Translations under genes and position numbers: made by a program
Origin: a virus
Taxonomy: Duplodnaviria; Caudoviricetes
DNA: 64,000 nt
Virus record (IMG/VR): IMGVR_UViG_3300021387_000025
Span: 32,001-96,000 of that record
Direction: 5' to 3' (one strand)
Shown: positions 36,369 through 46,958 of the stretch, piece after piece
Layout: every line of letters starts with the position of its first letter
Numbering within the stretch: the first letter of the stretch is position 1
Notes under the pieces: model-generated
What the model was told of the DNA's origin: nothing
The model's database searches: none
What the model saw: only the letters and a program-made list of their open reading frames with translations

Positions 36369-38174
36369 TTATGTTCCTCCAGTGAAAAATACCAAGCTTC
36401 TTGACTCAAAAGCCGCTTTGCGTTTATTCTTCTTAAACATTTCTTCTTCAAGTTCTTTAATTCGCCATTGTCCATAGGCAAAAGCCGAATATTTATCTTT
36501 CGGGAACCGAGAATTAATTTGTTCAAGTACGATATCTAAACCAGTTCTTTTAAGTCTAAGATTAGCCATCTCTTCAAAAAGTTTAGTAGTCAACTCATGC
36601 GGCATAAGGCGCCGTACACGCTTTTCAAAACTCATATGCTATCCTGTTTTTGTCGCCATTAATGCTGTTCTAGCTTCTTGTTCTGTAATTAAAAATCTCA
36701 CAAGACCGCTATTTAAACGAGTATAAGCATTACTATGAATTTTTGAATTTAAAGGACCATTAGCTTTTAATGAGTATAAGATGTTTGAGATATCTTTCGG
36801 TTGAATTTTTTTATAATCATCATTATTAAAAAATCCATATGCGGGCCATTCAATACCAGTTTCATCTATTTGCGGCCGAATCATTTCATCTGCTAAACCA
36901 ACACCCAAACCATTACAATCAATTACAACTTCACGAGGATTGTAAAGCTAAATAAGACGCTTTAAATCAATTGCTTGCTGACTAAACTACTTTGTTTCTG
37001 CTTGGCGGCCTAATACTTCAATATATACTAATGTAGAAAACATTTTGTTATCTCTTATATTAACGCGCCATACACAAGCAACAGTTTGGTCAGAAAGTCG
37101 ACCTACGTCCACTGATATTAAGTAGAATACATTATGATCTTCTCTAAATTTTTGCTTCCATTCTGGATTTTTTAATTTTCTATAACGAGAAAGTTTTTCA
37201 AAATCAAACCAACTTTCTTCACTCCCGCCAAGCCACGTGCCCATATATTCGGCCGCGAATGTCTATTCATTATAAGAAGGAGAGAGTTTAAGACTGCGTA
37301 CATAATTATTATCAATAAGCCCATGCATAGCAGGAATACGATAGTCAAGACCAATGCAAAAATTTCGAGAGGGATCAATTATAGCCTTTTCAAAAGTGTC
37401 AAGCAACGCTTCGTATGCAAACGAAGATTTAGTTCCCGCACTCGTCGCGTAGATGACCTAGGTATTTATCTTTTCATAAGGATTAACAAGTCCATTTGCC
37501 ATACGACGAGAAACATTCATCTAAGGCAATATGATCTCTGCGATTGCATCGCCATCCTGGTCACGTGTTTCGTCTATGAGTGTCGCGTGCGTACGAATAC
37601 CACGATCTGAATCAAGCGCGCCAACGATGGATAGGCGAGCGCCATTTTTAAAATAAAGGTCGCAATAATCCTTACCAAAATTAGCACGAACACCATCAGC
37701 ATTGGCCGCCGAGTATTCTAATTCATTTTTTAGTAAAGGCCAAATTTTCCAAATCTCTTTTATTTTTTGTTGTGAAATTTTTGCCGCCTGAGATTTATTT
37801 GGCGCCACTATTGATCCAACATGGCCAGGAATAAACATACACTAAAGATATTTAGCAAGAATAGATAAAAAAGTTTTTGAAGTAGCACGGGCCGCAGTAA
37901 TATACAAAGTAGTATATCTCATGCACGCGCGCAAGAAAATTCTCTAATAAGGAAATAAATCAAAATTAGAATCAATTGGTTTAATCATATCCAAATATAT
38001 ATCTGGATATGCCGCAAACAGACACCAACAATCATACAAAAGTTCTTCATTTTTTTCAAGCCAAGGCTCACTAATAACTACACCTTTCTCTAGTTCAATC
38101 CCGTCTCGATATATTTTTTCTTGCTTATTAAAACGTGTTTTGACCGGGTCGCGCAATGTAATTATTTCTTCCAT
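36369..38174 (-). CDS. terL: Terminase large subunit, 601 aa (TAG=Gln)
   Basis: LFPY[Q] Q-motif, AARATSKTF Walker A, TLIDE Walker B, ISVDVGR and KDKYSA nuclease motifs; five fragments in frame. Confidence 0.9.
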
Positions 38175-39169
38175 TAAACACCCATGCCTCCGCTGGGATC
38201 AAAATCTTCTTCTTCATATTTAGCGTAAACTTCATTTTCATACTCATCCAAATCAAATTCAGGCTAAATGTCATATTGATTTGATCCTTCTTCCAATTTA
38301 CTAACACTTTTTAAAGCTTCAATACGTTTTGTAATCTCGTCACCAATACCTCCTTCATTAATATAAAGCCTCTAATTGTAAGCTTCAATATTCTTAATGG
38401 ATTCATCAATTATGTCACGAGTCGCGCCATCATAGAATTTATTTTGACGACCTCTTTTTTCAAGCCACATACCAACTTCTGCAAAAGAATCAAAGTCTGA
38501 TGCATTTTTTGTGTTCTTTGGGGTAAATTCCGCAGCTTTTATAAGTTTGTCATATGAAGCTAAAAACTTATCAACTTCTTTGTCTCCCGCACGAATACGA
38601 CTATCAATTTCAAGTGATAACTTGCAAATCTTGCGCGCCTGGTCTTCCTAAAGTGTACCCGCTACATTTTGAGTAGCTAGCATTCCTTTATATAGGTCTT
38701 CTAAATATTCTAACTCTGACTTTTCGTAGTTCGCGCCCCATATGCTCTAAAGATCTTTTACTCGCTGATCATTAACAAGTGGAATTTCATCTTCAATTAG
38801 TCCAGCCTCTCTCAAAGCAATATACTGTTTATTGTAATCGGCCCAGCCAAGATTTCGATAACTTTCAGATGCAAAAACTCTAGCATAAACGGGCCAAATA
38901 TCTTTTGTCTCGTTTAGGTCCTGAATACGAACCCACTCTTTAACTATAAAAGGAATATCTGCCCATTGGCAAAGTTTATCAATTGAATCCCAAGAATATT
39001 CATGTTCGCGCAAATACGCATTAATGCAGCTATTACAAATCGGAAGCAAATGATCTTCATAGAAAATTGAATGAGTGTGCGCAAAGTCGTCAGTGGATGT
39101 ACTTAGGTGACAACGGGCGCAAACTTTCGTGAGATTAGGACGTTTTTGAATCCGAGGTTCAATTCCCAT
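38174..39169 (-). CDS. Zn-finger protein upstream of terminase (possible small subunit), 331 aa (TAG=Gln)
   Basis: CARC..PICNSC; frame continues past TAG 38747 to TAA 38174. Confidence 0.6.
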
Positions 39170-39403
39170 TTATCGCGCCCCTCCCGCATTATTGGCTTCG
39201 CGCAAAATTTTTAAAAGCTCTCGTTTACGTTTGCGCCCAGATTGTTCAAAAGAATCGATGACGTCCGCGCAAAGTTCACCAAAGTCTCTTGGATTCTCTC
39301 CCTCGATTAGTTGAACTTTTAAAATTCTGGCTACACCTAAAAAAATTTCTGGGCTTTTAATTCTTCCCAACTCTAATATAAATCTTTCGTTTAATCCATT
39401 CAT
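39170..39403 (-). CDS. Hypothetical protein, 77 aa
   Basis: GGAGG RBS; coupled to both neighbours. Confidence 0.65.
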   Translation of the reverse strand: MNGLNERFILELGRIKSPEIFLGVARILKVQLIEGENPRDFGELCADVIDSFEQSGRKRKRELLKILREANNAGGAR

Positions 39404-40692
39404 TCTCGACCTCCATTGCGTTTTTTCTTCTCACATAATTTACAACGAGGAGAAAAACCGTCATTTGATCTCTATCTTCTTACGAAATTAGTCTCATTTA
39501 AAAGTAACGTATGGCCGCAATCTTTACAAACTTTGAAGTTTTCTGGAAAGAAAATATTCTTTACAATCTCTGCGTGCATGGCGGCGGCATCACAAATTCC
39601 TTGAAGACATTTCTACACATATAAAGTAGAAATATAGTTTGGAGAGTATTTGCGTTTAAATTCCTAATTAATTTTATCCGCAACTAACTAATTTGACATC
39701 TTCTAAGTTTTTAATTCCAAAATCCTTCTATGAATCGGTTCAAGGCGCGCCAACGACACATACGACTCCAAAATACGTTTAAAAACTTCAAAGTTTGATC
39801 CTTCATCGCTTGCCTCTTCTAGCTCATCTCTCAAACTAAAAAAAGTATATAAGTGATCCCTATTACAAAAATCAAAGAAAAGTTTTGAGTTGTTTTGATT
39901 TTGTGCCCATAAAAACTTTGAAATTTTTTCGAGTTCTTCTTGTTCGAAATCGTTTGGCTCTGGGAAACGATCATTGCGCCAAATCTTTTTAAAGAGGTCT
40001 TTGTCCCAGATCAAATCTAATGGTTTGAGTTGGACCTCATCGCCAAAACACAAAGGTTCTTGAATTTGAAAATTTGGGGTTGGGTTTAGTAGGATTTGTG
40101 AAGAATATGAATCTTTCAATATATATTGTTGGGTTCTGAGGTCAACGAGTTCACGTTTGAGTTTTAGGAAATGATATGAGCTTAGTTGGCGCGCCTTCGA
40201 CTCCAAAAGGGATTTTTCTGATGGCGTGAAACGGCTTAGAAGCTCGGAGCGAATGGGAGTTTTTCTTTTGCCTTGTTGGAGTTCGTAGGTTTGAACGAGG
40301 AATTCTGTTTCGTCGATTTGGCGCCAAAGGGCTTCGAAGTCAGGGAGTAGGTGAGCTGGCGCATTTTTTCGCGTCGAAGAGCGTGAGAAAACTTCGCGCT
40401 AAACTTTCATGGGAGGATCAGTGGGTCGGCGCAGCATTGATTCGTTGAATGTGGGGGATTCTACGAGAGCGTCGAGGGATTCGACTTTTGAATCGGATTG
40501 GTTCCATTTTGAGTTGAGATCTAGGCCTTCTTGGAGGCCATTTAGGCCGCTTTGGCGGTCACGTCCCCAAAGTATATAATCTGAAATCGTCGCTAACTCA
40601 GATGGGGAAAATATATCTTCGTCTTTGATGTGATCGGCGATAAATTTAGCGCGCTCATCTCGCCATTCGAGCGAAAAATCTAATTTAAGCAT
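39400..40692 (-). CDS. HTH plus C-terminal Zn-ribbon protein, 430 aa (TAG=Gln)
   Basis: Fragments 40399-40692 and 39703-40206 in frame; continues to TGA 39400; LEPIHRRILELK..VADKIN..SPNYIS HTH; CKDC..RCKLC. Confidence 0.7.
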
Positions 40693-40738
40693 TGTCTAAG
40701 CCGGCTTGGGTGCCAGCGTCTCCTTCTAATCTATTAAA

Positions 40739-40767
40739 AGTATACACAAATTTGGAGGAAAAGTCAA
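40739..40767 (-). promoter_or_regulatory. Leftward sigmaA-type promoter at the head of the packaging/structural operon
   Basis: TTGACT-N17-TATACT on the minus strand. Confidence 0.65.
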
Positions 40768-40784
40768 ATTTCGACAAGCTTTTA

Positions 40785-40843
40785 TAAGGAAATGAAATTT
40801 TAATTTTGTAAGGAAAATGAAATTTTAATTTCGTAAAGAAAAT
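40785..40843. repeat. Short tandem repeat at the left edge of the cassette array
   Basis: About 2.5 copies of TAAGGAAA(A)TGAAATTTTAATTT. Confidence 0.7.
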
Positions 40844-41014
40844 GTACCAGGGGCGCCCGTTCGAACGGGCGTTCGATCCGAAAATCCCAAATACACCCGC
40901 CGGGTATTGTGCAATTTGCACAAAAAAGAAATTGAAAGTTTGTGCATTCTGCCTATTGCAATCCGGTGCTGATAGTGGTATACTTGACCCATCAAAAGAG
41001 AGGAGACCACCACA

Positions 41015-41473
41015 ATGACAAACCCCACCATTTTCGAACACATGATCGACGGATACAACACTCACGCGTACACGCACGAGTACATTTTTGGTTTTGAGTA
41101 CAAGGGCGTTGTCTATATGTCAAAAGCTACAAGCTCGGTTCTGCCCTTTGTCCTTTGCCTTGACCGCGCAAGCCGTGGCGCTGGATACGCGCTTCGCTTT
41201 AAGCCCAACAACGGGCAGAAGCTGGTCCTGATGGCTGGCGCTGAGGTCCTTTGCTCAAAGGAATATTTCGAATCGCTGGTTCAGTCCTCTATCTACAACG
41301 CGGGCGAGATCTTTGAGAAGCTGGTCACTGAAAAGTTCGGACAGACCTGGATCAAGGACAACGTACCGTTCACCCAGGACGGAGACCTCACGGTTGACGG
41401 GATCGCCTACCAGATCAAGTTCAACAAAGCTACCTTCATCAACGAAAAGCAGCTTGCAAGGCTCGAGGGCTGA
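41015..41473 (+). CDS. PD-(D/E)xK (QxK variant) nuclease-fold protein, paralog A1
   Basis: GEIFEKLV..DGDL..YQIK; near-collinear with 44301-44759. Confidence 0.7.
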   Translation: MTNPTIFEHMIDGYNTHAYTHEYIFGFEYKGVVYMSKATSSVLPFVLCLDRASRGAGYALRFKPNNGQKLVLMAGAEVLCSKEYFESLVQSSIYNAGEIFEKLVTEKFGQTWIKDNVPFTQDGDLTVDGIAYQIKFNKATFINEKQLARLEG

Positions 41474-41565
41474 GCCTTGCACCCGCTGCCCGGGCCGATA
41501 AAAAAGGCTTGACAAACACAAGCTGGTATGATATAATAAAGCTATAAAGAAAAGGAGATAAAACA

Positions 41566-41742
41566 ATGAAGTTTTTATTTGTCGGTTATATAGCTCTGAT
41601 TCTGGTGGTTTTCTTCTTCAGTATTATTCATCAGGATGATGTAAATAAGAATGGATCTCGTAAATTCAACTGGCGCTTTGTAATTGTCCTGATTATGTTC
41701 ATTGTTTCGCCAGTAGTTGCCAAGCTTTGCGGTCTGATGTGA
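41566..41742 (+). CDS. Small two-TM membrane protein, 58 aa
   Basis: Own promoter and AAGGAG RBS; MKFLFVGYIALILVVFFF..WRFVIVLIMFIV. Confidence 0.7.
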   Translation: MKFLFVGYIALILVVFFFSIIHQDDVNKNGSRKFNWRFVIVLIMFIVSPVVAKLCGLM

Positions 41743-41853
41743 TCGCAAAGTTGGCCGGGCGGCCGCTGCCGGAGAAAAAAAGATTAAAAAGCACTTGACA
41801 AACCGGAGAACATCTGTTATAATAGACTTATCAAAAGAGAGGAGAACACAACA

Positions 41854-42018
41854 ATGACAAAGGAAGAAATGCTTACACTGGTAATTAGAAGATTCGGATT
41901 TGAACATCAGTATACAATCGACTTTGCAGAGTCAATCGAATGGTTAGGACTGGAAGAGTCCAGAACGCTTCTCGAAGCGGTTCTGACACTCCCACTGGAA
42001 GAGGACGAAGAGGACTGA
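41854..42018 (+). CDS. Small acidic protein, 54 aa
   Basis: Own promoter, GAGGAG RBS, terminator hairpin over the stop codon. Confidence 0.7.
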   Translation: MTKEEMLTLVIRRFGFEHQYTIDFAESIEWLGLEESRTLLEAVLTLPLEEDEED

Positions 42019-42196
42019 AGTCCTCTTCTCTTTGGGCGCGGAGTTAGTCATGACTAACCACTGCCCGGGCGATGGCGGAGTTAGTCATGACTAACTACGC
42101 AGAGTCCCGCTGCCGGTATAAAAGATTAAAAAGGGACTTGACAAACGCGCGATAGTATGATATAATAAGACTATCAAAAGAAAGGAAGAATTAAAG

Positions 42197-42415
42197 ATGT
42201 ATAATGTAGATCTGGCTATGTGCAATGGTATGGATACAGTTATAACTCATGTAGAACATATTCCGTTCTATTCGAGATGGGCGGCGCGCAAATATTCGCG
42301 CGAAGTTATCAAATGCATTGATGTCTATCATATAACAATTATGGACATGGAAACTGGTGAAATCGTTTTGGAATTAAATAATGACGGTTCGATTGAATGG
42401 GACTCGGAGGGTTAA
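42197..42415 (+). CDS. Hypothetical protein, 72 aa
   Basis: Cassette promoter, RBS and hairpin. Confidence 0.75.
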   Translation: MYNVDLAMCNGMDTVITHVEHIPFYSRWAARKYSREVIKCIDVYHITIMDMETGEIVLELNNDGSIEWDSEG

Positions 42416-42542
42416 ACCCTCCGATTCTTTGCCCGGGCGTTGAGTTAGTCACGACTAATTCAAAACTTTTCCGAAAAAACTATTGACAAAATTCTATTCT
42501 TATGTTATACTAAAGTCAGAAAAAGAGAAAGGAATCCGAAAA

Positions 42543-42980
42543 ATGAGAATTTGTTTTGATATGGATGGAACGATCGCCGATCTTTACGGAGTTGAAGGAT
42601 GGTTGGAAAATCTCATTGAAGAAAATACAAGGCCTTACGAAGAAGCAAAAGTTTTACTAAATATGCAGGCACTTGCAAGAGTTCTGAATAATCTCCAGAA
42701 AAAGGGATATGAAATCGGAATTATCTCGTGGCTTTCCAAAAATGGTTCTGAAAAATATAACGAAAAAGTAAAACTTGCAAAAATCGAATGGTTGAAAAAT
42801 CACTTAAAAAGTGTTAGATTCGACTTTCTGGAAATTGTCAAATATGGAACAGATAAAAATCTGGTTTGTACTGGAAAATCTGATATTTTATTTGATGATG
42901 AAATCGGAAACCGTGAAAACTGGAAAGGCATTTCCTATAATGTAGAAAATATCATTGAAGTTTTAAGAAGATTGAAATAA
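42543..42980 (+). CDS. HAD-family 5'(3')-nucleotidase-like phosphatase, paralog B1
   Basis: FDMDGT, IISW, K..WL, LFDD; start moved to ATG 42543 after the RBS. Confidence 0.8.
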   Translation: MRICFDMDGTIADLYGVEGWLENLIEENTRPYEEAKVLLNMQALARVLNNLQKKGYEIGIISWLSKNGSEKYNEKVKLAKIEWLKNHLKSVRFDFLEIVKYGTDKNLVCTGKSDILFDDEIGNRENWKGISYNVENIIEVLRRLK

Positions 42981-43115
42981 TCCTCTTTTTTCTCGCGAAA
43001 ACGGCGCCCGGGCGCAATCGAACACACGTACGAACAAAATTTTTTTTAAAAATACTTGACAAACCGGAAAATGTATGCTATAATTAAACCATCAAAAGAA
43101 AGGAAGATAACAAAC

Positions 43116-43274
43116 ATGAAGACATGGGAAGAAATGAATAAAATGGAAAGACTCGCTGAAATTATGTTTCAAGAGGATGAAGAAAGGTATAATAATAATC
43201 AACCTTTGATGTATTACACTAAAGAAGATTTTGAAGCAGAAAAAAAAGAAAGAGAAAATGAAAAAAATACTTGA
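43116..43274 (+). CDS. Small protein, 52 aa
   Basis: Cassette promoter and RBS. Confidence 0.65.
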   Translation: MKTWEEMNKMERLAEIMFQEDEERYNNNQPLMYYTKEDFEAEKKERENEKNT

Positions 43275-43329
43275 CAAATTCCGGATTCTATGATATACTT
43301 ATACCATCAAAAGAAAGGAAGAAACGAAA

Positions 43330-43611
43330 ATGAGCGGATTTTATGAATTAAAATGTATGGATGGAATGGGATTTTATACTTATTATTATTTTTATAGTCC
43401 TCGTGCAATTCGCAACCCCAAGATGGCATTAAATCGTGGTTACGCTTCTGACGCCATGAGATTAGTGGTTGATGATAGAGAAGAAGACCCCGTTGCAATT
43501 AAATTCATGCACAATATTTTTGAATACATTTACAAAAAGTATTTCAAAAAGGCGGGGACTTTTAGATTGGGTTATCGTGTAGACTGGGAAAAAGAAAGTA
43601 AAAGAATCTAA
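43330..43611 (+). CDS. Hypothetical protein, 93 aa
   Basis: Cassette promoter and RBS. Confidence 0.7.
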   Translation: MSGFYELKCMDGMGFYTYYYFYSPRAIRNPKMALNRGYASDAMRLVVDDREEDPVAIKFMHNIFEYIYKKYFKKAGTFRLGYRVDWEKESKRI

Positions 43612-43766
43612 AAAAATTGGCAAAAATCGAAATATCTGTTACAATTTAAACATCGAAAAAGAGGACCAAAAATCCTCTTTTTTTCGCGCCCGGACGAAAA
43701 TTTTTACTTGACAAATTCTACTTTTTATGATATAATAAGTTTATCAAAAGAAAGGAATCTCCAAAA

Positions 43767-44018
43767 ATGAAGAAGTTTTTCGGTATTGAACACGGTTATA
43801 AATTCGAATGGAATGATCTTCGTTGTTTTGCAACGGTTATAAATGTCATCCTTATAATGGTTTTTGGACTTTCTATTTCATGGTTCGGTCTTGGAATTGC
43901 AATAGTTGGTCTTGTTAAAGATTTAACAAGTGATCGGCATATTAACGGAATTGTAATGCATTTATCAGGTATTGCATTAAATGTTTATTTCCTTTTTCTT
44001 TTGTACGGCGGAGTGTAA
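43767..44018 (+). CDS. Small membrane protein, 83 aa
   Basis: Hydrophobic segments; cassette signals. Confidence 0.7.
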   Translation: MKKFFGIEHGYKFEWNDLRCFATVINVILIMVFGLSISWFGLGIAIVGLVKDLTSDRHINGIVMHLSGIALNVYFLFLLYGGV

Positions 44019-44300
44019 AAACTCCGCTTTTTTCGCGCCGAAAACAAAAAAATTTTTTAAAAAGGTATTGACAAATCCCTTTTCTCATGATATAATAGTA
44101 TCATAGAAAAGGGAAGTGGAGTGGACACCGAGGACGCAAACATCCAACCAACAATCGAGTTAGTCATGACTAACTATTGCCCGGGCGCCAGTTAGTTGCG
44201 ACTAACCGCGCGAAAAAATTTTTAAAAAATTGAAAAAAGGGGTTGACAAATACCGGTTCATCTGCTATAATAGACTTATCAAAAGAAAGGAAACACCGAC

Positions 44301-44759
44301 ATGAATACCTCGATTTTCAACTACCTCATCGACAACTACAACAAACTCTCCTACACACACAACTACATTTTCGGTTTCGAATTCAATCATACAATCTATA
44401 TGGCACACGCTGACGCCGAAGTTCTCCCCTACGTGCTGACGCTGGACAAGGCAAGCCGTGGCGCTGGTTACAGCATCCGCTTCAAGCCCAACAAAAATCA
44501 GAAAATGGTTCTGATCACGAAAGCTGAGGTTCTCTGCTCCGCTGAATATTTCGAAAGTGAAGTAGCCGAAAGCAAGTACAACGCTGGTGAGATTTTCGAA
44601 AAGATGGTAACCGAAAGATTCGGTCAGACTTGGGAAAAAGACAATGTTCCCTTTACCGAAGACGGAGACCTCACAGTTGACGGAATCGCTTATCAGATCA
44701 AATTCAATAAAGCAACTTTCATCAATGAAAAGTCCCTCGCAAGGTTCCTCGCAATGTGA
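44301..44759 (+). CDS. PD-(D/E)xK (QxK variant) nuclease-fold protein, paralog A2
   Basis: Same motifs and length as 41015-41473. Confidence 0.7.
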   Translation: MNTSIFNYLIDNYNKLSYTHNYIFGFEFNHTIYMAHADAEVLPYVLTLDKASRGAGYSIRFKPNKNQKMVLITKAEVLCSAEYFESEVAESKYNAGEIFEKMVTERFGQTWEKDNVPFTEDGDLTVDGIAYQIKFNKATFINEKSLARFLAM

Positions 44760-44862
44760 ACCTTGCGACTTTTCTTTTGCCCGGGCGCGCCGAACAGAAG
44801 TTCGAGAAAAAATTTTTGAAAAAGCACTTGACATTTTCGACAAGGTATGCTATAATACATAA

Positions 44863-44937
44863 TGTCAGGAGGAGAGAAAGGTAAACCTCGGCAAGCCATA
44901 TAGGGAACGGGTTCAAATCCCGCGGAGTCGCTCTCCA
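44863..44937 (+). ncRNA. Candidate small tRNA-like structured RNA
   Basis: Own promoter, no ORF; GGAGAG/CTCTCC closing stem and CGGG-TTCAAAT-CCCG T-arm. Confidence 0.45.
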
Positions 44938-45007
44938 AACCACGAAACTTTTAAAAAGTTGTGAAAAACCTCTTGACAAATCAAATCAAATGTGCTATAA
45001 TAAAGGC

Positions 45008-45222
45008 ACAGTAAGGGAAGGAAAACCCAAACAAACCCCTCGATCAAGCCAGCGTTCAGCCCTCTGTGAAAACAGAGAAACCGCAACCGACAGGACGGAA
45101 GGCGCAAGGTGCCTATGTAAGACGGACAACGAGGTTAAAGAGCGGTTAGCAAACAACTCGCAAGGGTACGAACCCCTAACGCCGTGGGGTGCGTGAGTCT
45201 GAAGGAACTAAAATCCCTTTCA
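45008..45222 (+). ncRNA. Candidate about 210-nt structured ncRNA
   Basis: Own promoter, no RBS-led ORF, GC-rich, several nested helices including CTCTGT-GAAA-ACAGAG. Confidence 0.55.
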
Positions 45223-45442
45223 AAAACAAATGCGACTCTATGGCACCGCCATAGGTCGCGCCCGGGCCAAATTTTTTAAAATTATACTTGACAAATTAAA
45301 AAATCTATGCTATAATACATATAGAAAAAGAAAAGAAAAACAAAGGGCTTGCGGTAGTTGAATAAGATAGTTTGCAGAGACTTGCTCCTTTGAATTATTT
45401 GAAAGACTACTAACCCACCATTAAAAAGGAGGAAAACTTATA

Positions 45443-45721
45443 ATGATGATTAATCCCGAATATGCAAAACCTATTCTTAAACTTTCTAACTTGCTCAATG
45501 AGCGCAACATTCCCCACACAGTAAATGTGATTTGGGACGGTTTACAGATTCGCTTCCCTTGGAATGGTGGAGATATTATTTGCCATTCAGGTTCTTACTG
45601 GCATGAATATGGACATGTGGAATCAATGGGATGTCCTTGGGACAAGGACGATGTGACTTGTCTTCGTGTTGACGAGGCAGGCGAACTTGTTGCTGATTGG
45701 TGGGCAGAGGTTGGGGATTGA
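45443..45721 (+). CDS. Hypothetical protein, 92 aa
   Basis: AGGAGG RBS; about 120-nt leader after promoter 45288. Confidence 0.75.
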   Translation: MMINPEYAKPILKLSNLLNERNIPHTVNVIWDGLQIRFPWNGGDIICHSGSYWHEYGHVESMGCPWDKDDVTCLRVDEAGELVADWWAEVGD

Positions 45722-45822
45722 CCCAACCGTGCCCGGGCCGCCAAAAATTTTTGAAAACTACTTGACAAATCTACTTTTATATGGTATAATGTATTCAGAA
45801 AAAGAGAAAGGAACACTTAAAC

Positions 45823-46260
45823 ATGACAACTATTTTCTTTGATATGGACGGAACAATTGCTGATCTGTACGGCGTAGAAAATTGGTTAGAATATCTTCAG
45901 AATGAAGATGCTTTCCCTTATGTAAATGCAAAAGCACTCCTAAATTTACAAGCACTCGCGCGCAGACTCAATAATTTACAGAGAAAAGGATATAGAGTTG
46001 AGATTATTTCGTGGCTTTCTCGTACTTCTTCCGAAAATTATGATAGACTGGTTACAACTGCAAAAATTGAATGGTTAGAAACTCATTTACACTCGGTTCA
46101 TTTTAATAAAATTAATATCGTTCGTTATGGTACTAATAAAGACAACTTCCGCCATTCAGATTTTGATATTTTATTTGATGACGAAGAAAAGAACCGCGAA
46201 AACTGGGGTGGAATTTCATACAATGTTGATAATATTCTTGAGGTGTTGAGGAGGTTATAA
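45823..46260 (+). CDS. HAD-family 5'(3')-nucleotidase-like phosphatase, paralog B2
   Basis: FDMDGTIADLYGVE..LFDDE; collinear with 42543-42980. Confidence 0.8.
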   Translation: MTTIFFDMDGTIADLYGVENWLEYLQNEDAFPYVNAKALLNLQALARRLNNLQRKGYRVEIISWLSRTSSENYDRLVTTAKIEWLETHLHSVHFNKINIVRYGTNKDNFRHSDFDILFDDEEKNRENWGGISYNVDNILEVLRRL

Positions 46261-46394
46261 TGAGCAAAAAGAAAAAGAAAACTACGGACCGTGGGCCAAC
46301 TTTCGTTGGATTATCTCCTATTTATGAGAAAACAAAGAAAGAAAGAATTGAAAGTAAATATAGAAAGCATAAAGGGCGCCAACTCGATGAGTAG
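46260..46394 (+). CDS. Small basic protein, 44 aa, apparently ending at TAG
   Basis: GGAGG RBS and TAATG coupling; the TAG lies in the loop of the terminator hairpin. Confidence 0.55.
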   Translation: MSKKKKKTTDRGPTFVGLSPIYEKTKKERIESKYRKHKGRQLDE

Positions 46395-46521
46395 AGGGCG
46401 CCTTTTCTGTGGCCCGGGCGCCGAGTTAACATAGACTAACTAAAAATTTTTTGAAAAAATACTTGACTTTTTGAAAAAGATATGATATAATTGATTTATC
46501 AAAAGAAAGGAAACAAATCAA

Positions 46522-46677
46522 ATGTTCGGTGATCTTGTAAATCTCTATTGTTCCTATTGTGATCTTGCGGACTACTACTTCTGGGCTTCTCGTGATTGGG
46601 ATCGTAAAGAAAAATTCCAGGAGTATAAGAAACTGGCAAAGAATATCGAAGAAATTTTGAAAGGAATGTGTGAATAA
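46522..46677 (+). CDS. Small protein, 51 aa
   Basis: Cassette promoter and RBS. Confidence 0.65.
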   Translation: MFGDLVNLYCSYCDLADYYFWASRDWDRKEKFQEYKKLAKNIEEILKGMCE

Positions 46678-46678
46678 A

Positions 46679-46870
46679 ATGAATGAAGTTTGGTATAAGA
46701 TTGTAACTCCTCAGACAACCGTTGAAATTCAGGACTATGCAACCGCAAAGCGTTTGGAAAGAAACGGCGCGCAGGTTGAAAGAATTTATAAATATAAAAA
46801 TCTTTCGTGCATCACGGATGAAAAGAGAAGAGAAAAAATTCTCAGAAAGTACGGACTGTCGATGGTGTAA
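46679..46870 (+). CDS. Small protein, 63 aa
   Basis: AAGGA RBS; hairpin over the stop codon. Confidence 0.65.
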   Translation: MNEVWYKIVTPQTTVEIQDYATAKRLERNGAQVERIYKYKNLSCITDEKRREKILRKYGLSMV

Positions 46871-46958
46871 ACCATCGATGGCCCGGGCCAAAAATTTTGC
46901 TTGACATTTTCTAAAAAGTATGCTATAATAGATTTATCAAAGAAAAGGAGATTTTCAA

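Noticed and set aside
12393-40692. Structural genes as a decayed prophage full of pseudogenes
   Set aside because: Interruptions are TAG only, fragments stay in one frame and motifs are intact, so recoding explains them
42483-42542. TTG starts given by the track for 42483, 43056 and similar ORFs
   Set aside because: These TTGs are the -35 boxes; the real starts are the ATGs after the AAAGGA RBS
44871-44937. Canonical or amber-suppressor tRNA
   Set aside because: Has a T-arm and closing stem but no proper D or anticodon arm, and 8 extra nt lie between the T-arm and the 3' strand
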